From Paracoccaceae bacterium (GTDB taxonomy: Bacteria; Pseudomonadota; Alphaproteobacteria; Rhodobacterales; Rhodobacteraceae), in NCBI GenBank assembly GCA_049662025.1, contig JBATAV010000419.1, positions 1 to 45,639 on the forward strand: a stretch of DNA of 45,639 bases. Reading direction: 5' to 3'. A program made the position numbers and the translations under genes. Of this stretch, positions 37,676 to 45,639 are shown in pieces. The stretch's first letter is position 1; every line of letters begins with the position of its first letter. The notes under the pieces were generated by a model, which searched no databases, was not told the DNA's origin, and worked only from the letters and a program-made list of their open reading frames with translations.

Positions 37676-38403
37676 AACGAAGCTTTGTCACAGCCTTTCT
37701 TGGTCTGGCGACCGTTCTGGTTGCCGGGCCATCTCTGGCGCAGGAGTTGACACTGAATCTGGGCGAAGGCGGCTCGCTTGCCTCGCAATCGGTGCAACTC
37801 CTGGTGCTGGTAACGGTTCTCAGCATCGTGCCGGGGTTGGCGGTGATGGTCACCTGCTTTCCCTTCATCGTGACGGTGTTGTCGATCCTGCGGCAGGGTA
37901 TCGGCCTTCAGCAGGCGCCGCCGAACATGCTGATCGTCAGCCTCGCCATGTTCCTGACCTGGTTCGTGATGGAACCCGTCTTTACCGAAGCCTGGACCAA
38001 GGGGGTTGAGCCCTTTACGCAAGACCAGATCGACATTCAGGTCGCGTTTCAGCGTGCATCAGAGCCGTTTCGCGGCTTCATGATCGGCCGCGTTGACCAG
38101 GAAACGTTCAATACCCTGGATGCCCTGCGTCCGCGCGCCGAAACCGGGATCGAGACCGCGCCGTTTTCAATTCTGGTCCCCGCGTTCCTGCTGTCGGAAC
38201 TGCAGCGCGCCTTCGAGATCGGCTTTCTGGTTTTCCTGCCGTTTCTGATCATCGACCTGGTGGTTTCGGCTATCCTGATGTCGATGGGGATGATGATGGT
38301 TCCGCCTGCGGTCGTGTCGCTACCCTTCAAGCTGGCCTTTTTCGTGGTGGCCGACGGGTGGAGCCTGATTGCCGGTGCCCTGGTCAGAAGCTATGCCCCA
38401 TAA
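37672..38403 (+). CDS. fliP: Export apparatus protein FliP
   Basis: LRQGIGLQQAPPN, PAFLLSEL, FLPFLIIDLVV, MGMMMVPP, PFKLAFFV. Confidence 0.97.
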   Translation: MKRSFVTAFLGLATVLVAGPSLAQELTLNLGEGGSLASQSVQLLVLVTVLSIVPGLAVMVTCFPFIVTVLSILRQGIGLQQAPPNMLIVSLAMFLTWFVMEPVFTEAWTKGVEPFTQDQIDIQVAFQRASEPFRGFMIGRVDQETFNTLDALRPRAETGIETAPFSILVPAFLLSELQRAFEIGFLVFLPFLIIDLVVSAILMSMGMMMVPPAVVSLPFKLAFFVVADGWSLIAGALVRSYAP

Positions 38404-38412
38404 GCGCAACCG

Positions 38413-39588
38413 TCAGCGTTCTCGAAATGCCTCCTGGCTCTTGTACAGAGGTTTCGTCAGGTAAGTGAGAATCGTCTTTCCGCCGGTCTGAAGCTCGACC
38501 TCGGCCTGCATGCCGGGACGAATTTCCATCGCCTTCTGGCGATCGGTCAGCTTTGCCATGTCGACTTTCAGCGTCACGATATAGTGCGGGTCGCCGTCGG
38601 CCGCGCGCGATCTTTCGTCGATGAACGTGTCGGCGGAAACGAACGTGACCTCGCCCTTCAGACTGCCCCAGATCGTGTAATCATAGGCCGACAGCTTCAC
38701 CGTCGCCTCCTGCCCCTGGCGGACCGAGGCGATGTCGCGCGGCTTTACCTTGGCATCGATGAACAGTTCTTCGTCCAGCGGGATGATCTCAAGGATTTCC
38801 TCGCCGGGACGCACGACACCGCCGATGGTCGAAATGGCGATCTTGTTGACCACCCCGTGCATCGGCGCCATCAGGACAGTCCGTTCCAGTTGGTCCTGAC
38901 TGATCTTCAGGTTCTGGCGCACCGAGGACAGTTCTTTCAGGGTCTCGGCATATTCCTTGGCGCGATCCAGATCGGTTTGCGTTATGGCGTCCGAGAGACG
39001 GTTTTCCGCATCCTGGTTGGCCTTGCGCGCCCGCGTCACGTCGATCAGCGGGGCGACGTCCTGGGCATACATCCGTTCCATTATGTCCAGCTCTTTTGCA
39101 GCCTGCTCCAGCACCGCTTTCGCCCCGGCCCGACGGGCCTCGAAATCTTCCTGACGGGCTCGGAGCAGCGTCGCCTCAGAGGCAACGATATCGGGCACGC
39201 GGGCAGCCAGCTCTAAGGGCACGAAGAATTTTGCCTCTCCGCGCATTTCCGCCTCGATCCGCAATTTGCGGGTTTCCAGTGCGGCGATCTGGTCGCTCAG
39301 ATCGTCGACGGCAGTCTGGTACTGAGTGCCCTGCAGGCGACCCAGCATCTGACCGGGCTCTACCGTGTCTCCTTCCGAGACATCGAGCTGTGCAAGGATG
39401 CCACCTTCCAAGTTCTGGATGATCTGCGGACGCGAGGACGATACGACCGTCCCCTGCGCGCGAACGATTTCATCAACCCAGGCGAAGGCTGCCCAGAGAA
39501 CGAACAAGGCAAAGGAGAGACCAATGACCCAGATCACTGCCGAAGGGCGCCCGGCACGACCTTCGAATTCGTTGGTCCATGTGGTCAT
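38413..39588 (-). CDS. HlyD-family T1SS membrane fusion protein
   Basis: IIQNLEGGI, APMHGVV, TIGGVVRPG, VKLSAYDYTIWGSL, IRPGM, YLTKP. Confidence 0.95.
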   Translation of the reverse strand: MTTWTNEFEGRAGRPSAVIWVIGLSFALFVLWAAFAWVDEIVRAQGTVVSSSRPQIIQNLEGGILAQLDVSEGDTVEPGQMLGRLQGTQYQTAVDDLSDQIAALETRKLRIEAEMRGEAKFFVPLELAARVPDIVASEATLLRARQEDFEARRAGAKAVLEQAAKELDIMERMYAQDVAPLIDVTRARKANQDAENRLSDAITQTDLDRAKEYAETLKELSSVRQNLKISQDQLERTVLMAPMHGVVNKIAISTIGGVVRPGEEILEIIPLDEELFIDAKVKPRDIASVRQGQEATVKLSAYDYTIWGSLKGEVTFVSADTFIDERSRAADGDPHYIVTLKVDMAKLTDRQKAMEIRPGMQAEVELQTGGKTILTYLTKPLYKSQEAFRER

Positions 39589-41819
39589 TGCCCGCCTCCA
39601 GAGGCCTGCGCCTTGGCAAGGTGGGCAAGAACGGCATCCTTGGGACCGTCAACGGCAAGCCGCCCGTTCTGCATGATCAGCGTCCGGGATGTCAGCTGCA
39701 GGATCGGCACGCGATGGGTGGCGATGATGGCGGTGCGACCTTCAAGCCAGCCTTTCAGACGGCTGACCAATGTGGTCTCGAGTGTCTGGTCCAGCGCAGC
39801 GGTGGGTTCATCCAGCAGTACCACCTGCGGGTTCTGCAACCAGAGTCGGGCCCAACCGATGGACTGACGCTGACCGACCGACAGCCCTTCGCCAAGTTCG
39901 CGGATTTCAAGGTCCAGCCCACGCGGATGGTTGCGGATGAATTGGCCAAGGCCGGCGAAATCCAGCGCCTCCAGCAAGCGGTCGTCGTTGCGTTCAAGCT
40001 GGCTCATGTTCAGGTTGTCGCGGATGGTTCCGGCGATCAGCCGCACTTCCTGCCCCAGGTAGCCGATCCCACGCCGAAGATCGCGCGGGTGGATCTGGCC
40101 AAGGTCGACGCCGTCTATCAAGACACGGCCCTTCGACGGCTCGTATAGCCCAGCGAGCAGCCGTAGAAGGGTCGATTTCCCCGACCCGTTGGCACCAAGA
40201 ACGGCGATGTGCTGGCCTGCAGGAATAGATATCGCGTTGATCTCGACCGTGGGCGAGGCCTGCGGATCGTAGCGGAACTCGACGTGGCGCAACTCGAAGG
40301 CGCCGACGATTTTTTCCCGCCGCAGATACTTGCGTCCGGCTTCCTCTGCCTGGGTCGCATTTGCCACCGCCTCAAGCGCGGTAAGGGCAGCCTTGACCTG
40401 GCTCCACCGCGCCATCATCGAGGAAACCTGCGCCAAGGGGCCAAGTGTGCGTCCAGTCAGGATGCCGATTGCGATGATGGTGCCGACGGTGAACTGGCCC
40501 GCGAAGACCATATAGGTGCCAACGACCACTGCCGAGATATAGGTCGCCTGCTGCACCGCTTGTGCCCAGGTCGATAGGATGGTTGTCAGGTGGCGCTGTT
40601 CGCTGCCCTTTACGGCCGAAAGCGTCACCAATTCGGCCCAAATACGCTTTACGCGGTCTTCTCCGCGTTGGGTCGTGACGGTTTCGTGTTCAAAGACACT
40701 TTCATACAGAAGCTTTGCGGCCTTGGTCGAGGCGCCGTGCGTCGAGGCGGTGATGGCGATCATTCGCTTTTGCATCAGGAAACCGGGCGCCACCATCAGG
40801 ACGCCGCCCAACACCAGAACCCAGACCAGATTGCCACCGATCGAGGCGACAAGCGCCAGGAAGACCACGAGAAAGGGCAGATCGGCCATGGTGCCGACTG
40901 TCGAGGAGGTAAAGAATTCCCGGACCGAGCCGAAATCTCGCATCGCGGCGAAGATCTCCGAGGGTTTGCGCTCTCCCGGTCCCATCTTCATGCCGAGAAG
41001 GCGGCGCATCAAACGGGTTTGAACCGCCAGTTCGATCCGTTTGCCGGTATTGTCCATCAAGGTGGACCGCGCGATCTTCAGGATGCCTTCCATCACCACC
41101 GCCAGCATTACGCCCAGCGCCAGAACCCAGAGTGTGGGTTCCGACTGATAGGGTATGACTCGGTCGTAGACCTGCAGCGAAAACAGCGCGACGGCCACTG
41201 CCAGCAGGTTGGCGAACAGCGAACCGGCAGCCGCTTCGACGTATTGACGCTTGTAGTGACGGAATTCCCCCCAGAACCAGTGGGGCTTCTTTCGGTCATC
41301 GATGTGGCGTGCCTCGATGTCCGCCATCGTGGTGCGCGCCTGGAGGATTCGGCCAGCATAGACACGCATGAAGTCGGCCATGGGGACTTCGGTTCGCATG
41401 TCTTGGGCGGTCGTGTCGTAGATTTCCGGTCCCTGCTCTCCCAGGACGAGGACAAGTACGACCTGCCCGTTCGCCATTTCAACCAGAGCCGGCCAGCAAT
41501 CGGCAGGAAGCGCCTTTTCCTTCTGGATGCGTACGGTAAGGCCGGTGGCCTGCAACGCTGCACCCATTTCGGCAAGGCCCAGCTGGCCACCAGAGGCGCC
41601 GGCTGCAAGCTGGATGTGTTCCAGCAGGTCGGCGGCGGGAATTTCGGCGCCCAGTAGGCCTGCATAGACCGAAGACAACTGAGCACGGTTCACCGCGCGG
41701 TTGGCATGACGCGGGCGCGTGGCGCGAGCAGCAGGAGCTGGTCGCAGGCCGGTTGGCGCCGCAACGGAAGCGACTCGGCTGGCGTTCATGTCGAAGGCGA
41801 TGACCCGGTCGTCCGTCAC
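39585..41819 (-). CDS. T1SS ABC transporter (permease/ATPase)
   Basis: QVYDRVIP, DLPF, Walker A GANGSGKS, LSVGQRQ, LLDEPT, ATHR. Confidence 0.95.
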   Translation of the reverse strand: MTDDRVIAFDMNASRVASVAAPTGLRPAPAARATRPRHANRAVNRAQLSSVYAGLLGAEIPAADLLEHIQLAAGASGGQLGLAEMGAALQATGLTVRIQKEKALPADCWPALVEMANGQVVLVLVLGEQGPEIYDTTAQDMRTEVPMADFMRVYAGRILQARTTMADIEARHIDDRKKPHWFWGEFRHYKRQYVEAAAGSLFANLLAVAVALFSLQVYDRVIPYQSEPTLWVLALGVMLAVVMEGILKIARSTLMDNTGKRIELAVQTRLMRRLLGMKMGPGERKPSEIFAAMRDFGSVREFFTSSTVGTMADLPFLVVFLALVASIGGNLVWVLVLGGVLMVAPGFLMQKRMIAITASTHGASTKAAKLLYESVFEHETVTTQRGEDRVKRIWAELVTLSAVKGSEQRHLTTILSTWAQAVQQATYISAVVVGTYMVFAGQFTVGTIIAIGILTGRTLGPLAQVSSMMARWSQVKAALTALEAVANATQAEEAGRKYLRREKIVGAFELRHVEFRYDPQASPTVEINAISIPAGQHIAVLGANGSGKSTLLRLLAGLYEPSKGRVLIDGVDLGQIHPRDLRRGIGYLGQEVRLIAGTIRDNLNMSQLERNDDRLLEALDFAGLGQFIRNHPRGLDLEIRELGEGLSVGQRQSIGWARLWLQNPQVVLLDEPTAALDQTLETTLVSRLKGWLEGRTAIIATHRVPILQLTSRTLIMQNGRLAVDGPKDAVLAHLAKAQASGGGQ

Positions 41820-43159
41820 ATTGCTGCCCCGTCCACCAGCACACCCCGTTCGCGTGCGATTTCAAGCCGCGCCATGACGATCTGATATTTCAACGAGGCA
41901 TGGTCGCGCTGACTGCGCGCATAGCTTTCGAATTGCCCCACGAGTTCCAGCAGCGACCGCCGTCCGGCCTTGTATTGCTCGGTAAAGAGGTCAAGATTTG
42001 CTGCCATCTGGCCAAGAAGCCGGGCTTCCTGCGCCTCTTGTGACGTCAGGCTGGCGATTTCGCGCTCCAGCGCGATGATGCGCCGATTGGAGGTCTCTTC
42101 GGCTTCATCGATCTTGCGGCGCGCGACCTCTTCTGATTCGGCAAGGGCGCCCAGTCTGTCCTTGCGGCCAAACCCCAAGCCCTCGCCATCAAGCGCCAGA
42201 CCGGCGTCAAGCCCGCCGCCTGCGGCAACGGTGGCCCTGGCGCCGAACCCAGGCATCAGCCCGGCGCGTGCCATCTGCACTTCGGCCCGGGTGCGAGTCG
42301 CCTCACCGCGTGCCAGGGTAACGTTGAGCGGTTCGGGACGACCGGCATCAGGCGGCAGTGAGGAAATTCCGGTCAACCCATCCAGCCCGCCGTCCGACAT
42401 GGCCGCCAGTTCCGCCAGGGCGGTTTTCGCGGCCTCGCGTTCCTGGGCCAGCGCGGCTTCCATTTCGGACAGTTTCTGGGCGATGACTCGGTACTCCGAC
42501 CGGTCTGACAGCCCGCCTTCGACACGAATGCGCATGATGCGCTCGAAGTCGCGCATACGCCCCAAAGAGGTCTCTGTTATGGCCGAAAGCTCGGTTGCAT
42601 GCTGGCCTTCGACATAGTGTTTCAGGCCTTCGTAGACCCGCTGATTCAGATCTGTCGCCAACGAAACGGCGGCCACTTCCACATCGGCTGCGGCATAGGC
42701 GCGTTCAGCCTTTCGGCGGCCATTGTCGAATATCGCCTGATCCAGCAGCAGGCTGGCGGCCAGAGAGCCAAGCGATGTCATGCTGACATCGGGGCCAATC
42801 GACGGCAGCCAGTTCTTGGATTTCGCACGCGCAGTCAGCCGGGCGACGCGCAATTCTGCCTCGGCAGTGCCGGATCCGGCGGTCAGAACCGATTGCGCTA
42901 CCCTGGCAAAGGCACTGCCCTTGGGCAGGATCGAGATGCGTTGCCGCAAACCACCAATCAGCTCTGAATCAGGCGTGCCCTTGGCTTTGGGGCGTGACGC
43001 CTCCAACTGCCCGGCCGCCGGTTCGGAGACTGCATCGCCAGCCGACCTTGACGCTGCCACGCCATCATTGACGCAGCCCGCCAGCAGAACAAAAGATATC
43101 AGCGCCAAGGCGGGGGGAACGGCCCCCACACCTTGCCTGCACTTGCGGTAGTCGGGCAT
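41816..43159 (-). CDS. TolC-family outer membrane protein (lipoprotein-type signal)
   Basis: LLAGC lipobox, WLPSI, QAIFDNG, EQYKAGRRSLLEL; in an operon with the ABC and HlyD genes. Confidence 0.88.
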   Translation of the reverse strand: MPDYRKCRQGVGAVPPALALISFVLLAGCVNDGVAASRSAGDAVSEPAAGQLEASRPKAKGTPDSELIGGLRQRISILPKGSAFARVAQSVLTAGSGTAEAELRVARLTARAKSKNWLPSIGPDVSMTSLGSLAASLLLDQAIFDNGRRKAERAYAAADVEVAAVSLATDLNQRVYEGLKHYVEGQHATELSAITETSLGRMRDFERIMRIRVEGGLSDRSEYRVIAQKLSEMEAALAQEREAAKTALAELAAMSDGGLDGLTGISSLPPDAGRPEPLNVTLARGEATRTRAEVQMARAGLMPGFGARATVAAGGGLDAGLALDGEGLGFGRKDRLGALAESEEVARRKIDEAEETSNRRIIALEREIASLTSQEAQEARLLGQMAANLDLFTEQYKAGRRSLLELVGQFESYARSQRDHASLKYQIVMARLEIARERGVLVDGAAM

Positions 43160-43179
43160 CACCCGATCCTCCGGCCTGT

Positions 43180-45639
43180 TCAGATGATCGTGGTCTGGAT
43201 GTCCTCGTCCACGAGAACCGTTCCGGCCCCGAGGTTGTAGACGTCATAGCTGTGACCGTCGATCACGCGGGTTTGCCCAGTCGCGGTGGCGGAGTCGAGC
43301 GCGACCGTATCATCCGTGTCGCCCTTGACCATCAGTTCATGCTCAGGACCGGTCAGTGACTGAAGGTCCGAGGCGTTGATTGTCAGGTGGGCTTCCGGCG
43401 CGAAGGTCAGGTCGATGGCCGAGAAGTCGAAGCTCGACAAGCCCGCACGGTGCAGATCGACATCAACGGCGCTTGTGTTGTCGACGATCAGGAGGGTCGA
43501 CGTCCCGTTTCCGGCCACATCGTGGGTATCGATGACCAGATAGCTGCCATCCGGCACCGTCTGGTTCAGGCGAAACTCGGTTTCACCGTAGAAGGTATCG
43601 TCGGCCCGGTTGGCCCCGACGTTGGTGACATGGCCCGAGTCGTCAATGGCGGTAAAGCTGTAAGCGTCATCGGTCAGCGCCGTGCCGATGCCACGCAGGC
43701 CCGCGCTGGTGCGCGAGAACGAGATCACTTCGGGCGTGCCGGGGGCGATCGTGTCGTAGTGGAAGTTCTCGGTGATGCTGGCGGTGTTGCCGGCGATGTC
43801 GGTGGCATTGACCGTGACCGAAGCATTGCCTTCACCTGCGGGAAGCTGGTTTTCAGCAAAGGTCACTGTCCAGGTGCCAGAAGCGCCTGAATTGGTGGTG
43901 ATTTCCTGCCCGTTGGACAAATGCACGACCACAGCTGAATTCGGCTCTACCGTGCCGGAGAAGGTTACCCCGGCATGGGCCTCTTCTGCGTTTATGATGC
44001 CGTCACCGGCGATCGGGCCGCCTGTGCGGGCAAGATCGCGTACGACCGTGTCGACCCGGACCGTTTCGTTCAGCACCGAGGTGTTGCCGACGGCATCGGT
44101 CGCAGTGATGGTCATGGCGACGTTGTTTTCGCCTGCAGGGATTTGCCCGGCCGGAATAGTCACCGTCCAGCTGCCATCCGCGGCAACCGTGGCCGGCACT
44201 GTCGTGCCGCCGCTGCCAAAGCGCACCATGACGGACGAGCCGGGTTCGACCACACCGGTGACGGCAAGTCCGCCCGCCGCCTCGACCGCGTTCACGATGT
44301 CATCGGCGCCCGTCGCAATGGTCAGCCGCTGGAAGGGCACCACTTCGGTGTCGATGCCGATACCGTGCGTGGCTTCAGCCACGTTGCCCGCGGCGTCGGT
44401 GGCCGTAACCTGCACGGTCGAGGTATAGGTGCCAGTGCGGTAGTCACCGGACGAATAGTTGGCAGTCCAGTTGCCCGACGTATCGGCGGTAACCGTCCGC
44501 GACACTCCTTCGAAGGTCACTTGGACCGAGGCACCGGCTTCAGCGTGACCAGTCAGCGACAGGCCGGATGTCCGCTCGGCGCCAGAGACGATATCGTCGC
44601 CTCCGGATTGACCGGGGTTCACCGATACCTGGGTTTCGGTATCGACCTGCACGGTGCGGGTCGCCGAGGCTGTGTTGCCGACCGCATCCGTAGCGGTGAC
44701 GGTGGCGGTTGTCGAATAGGTGCCGCCCGCGATGCCCGAAGACGGGAAATTGACCGACCAGCTGCCATCGGCAGCGACGGTGGCCGGAAGGGTGGCACTG
44801 TTCCAGGCAACCTGAACCGTGGCGCCCGGTTGTGCGGAACCGGTCATGGTGATGCCGCCTGCCGCTTCGGTCGCGTTGACAATGCCGTCAGTTGCGATCT
44901 GCGCCGGGGCAAAGGCCACCGACGTCATGGTGTCGACCCGGAAGGTGTGGCTGGAGTTGCTGACGTTTCCGGCCGCATCGGTGGTCGCGGCGGTAACGGT
45001 CGCGTCATATTCGCCGGGAGTCAGGGCGCCTGCGGCGAAGTTGACTGTCCAGGTGCCATCGGCACCAACGGTCACATTCTGGGTGAGTCCCTGAACGGCA
45101 ACCGCCAATGTAGCCCCGGCGGTCGAGGTGCCGGTGATCTGGAAGCCTGCAGTGGCTTCGGCACCGTTCACAGTGTTGTCGGCAGTGACCGGGTTGAAGC
45201 CGATCGGGTGCGGAACGGTATCCACAACCAGAATATCGTGCAGGATGGTGTCATTGCCCAGCGCGTCCGTCGCCGTGACCGTGAAGGGGATTTCGTATTC
45301 ACCCGGCTCCACTTGCGTGGTCGGGAAGGTCACTGTCCAGCTGCCATTCGAGCCGACGGTGGTCGTTTGAGTGTGGTCGCCAACCTGAACCACGATGGTT
45401 GCGCCAACCTCGCCTTCACCGGCGATGGTCACTCCGTTCACATATTCGGCGGCATTCTCGACATCGCCGGTGCTTTTTGCGCCTTCGGTGATTTCAACGT
45501 CCGGCGGAGTCACATCGATGATGAAGGTCGGGCCATCCAGTTCAGTCGTGCCGCCGCCCTGATGGGTGAAATCCACGACGGTTTCGTGGGTACCGTCGGG
45601 TGGCAACCCATCTTCTGGAAAGACCACCGCCCAGGTTCC
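43180..45639 (-). CDS. Large Ig-like repeat adhesin (BapA/LapA-like T1SS substrate), C-terminal part
   Basis: ~100-aa repeats with G.WTV and T-D-x-x-G-N motifs (7 visible), D..VN..E motifs; ORF open to the right edge; upstream of the T1SS genes. Confidence 0.92.
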   Translation of the reverse strand, partial: GTWAVVFPEDGLPPDGTHETVVDFTHQGGGTTELDGPTFIIDVTPPDVEITEGAKSTGDVENAAEYVNGVTIAGEGEVGATIVVQVGDHTQTTTVGSNGSWTVTFPTTQVEPGEYEIPFTVTATDALGNDTILHDILVVDTVPHPIGFNPVTADNTVNGAEATAGFQITGTSTAGATLAVAVQGLTQNVTVGADGTWTVNFAAGALTPGEYDATVTAATTDAAGNVSNSSHTFRVDTMTSVAFAPAQIATDGIVNATEAAGGITMTGSAQPGATVQVAWNSATLPATVAADGSWSVNFPSSGIAGGTYSTTATVTATDAVGNTASATRTVQVDTETQVSVNPGQSGGDDIVSGAERTSGLSLTGHAEAGASVQVTFEGVSRTVTADTSGNWTANYSSGDYRTGTYTSTVQVTATDAAGNVAEATHGIGIDTEVVPFQRLTIATGADDIVNAVEAAGGLAVTGVVEPGSSVMVRFGSGGTTVPATVAADGSWTVTIPAGQIPAGENNVAMTITATDAVGNTSVLNETVRVDTVVRDLARTGGPIAGDGIINAEEAHAGVTFSGTVEPNSAVVVHLSNGQEITTNSGASGTWTVTFAENQLPAGEGNASVTVNATDIAGNTASITENFHYDTIAPGTPEVISFSRTSAGLRGIGTALTDDAYSFTAIDDSGHVTNVGANRADDTFYGETEFRLNQTVPDGSYLVIDTHDVAGNGTSTLLIVDNTSAVDVDLHRAGLSSFDFSAIDLTFAPEAHLTINASDLQSLTGPEHELMVKGDTDDTVALDSATATGQTRVIDGHSYDVYNLGAGTVLVDEDIQTTII

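Overview
High-GC alphaproteobacterial chromosome segment with a gene content and order typical of Rhodobacteraceae; the family assignment is inferred. From left to right it holds a replication/housekeeping block (partial gyrB, LysE, VOC, recF, dnaN, dnaA, rpsT, enoyl-CoA hydratase, mutM, two small membrane ORFs, ubiE, ubiB), a ~27 kb flagellar cluster (flgD to fliP, with CtrA-like boxes), and a type I secretion locus (HlyD, ABC, TolC) with a truncated large Ig-repeat adhesin. The most unusual object is an IS3-family (IS407-group-like) element at 18089-19502 inside the flagellar cluster. Its transposase ORFs are otherwise nearly intact but are interrupted by five short, co-oriented hairpin insertions (net +37 to +41 bp, all frame-breaking, no target duplication). 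They fall into two related classes. Class A has fixed ends C[AG][CT]TGCCCGGCAG ... CGAGAGGG around a variable, self-complementary stem. Class B has a fixed GCCATTGGTCCGAG loop inside a stem. Removing them, and restoring two codons at each class B site from family consensus, gives an 88-aa OrfA, a 279-aa DDE OrfB and a 1223-bp IS. I do not recognise these micro-elements as a named family. They are the best candidate here for an undescribed system, but novelty needs database checks.
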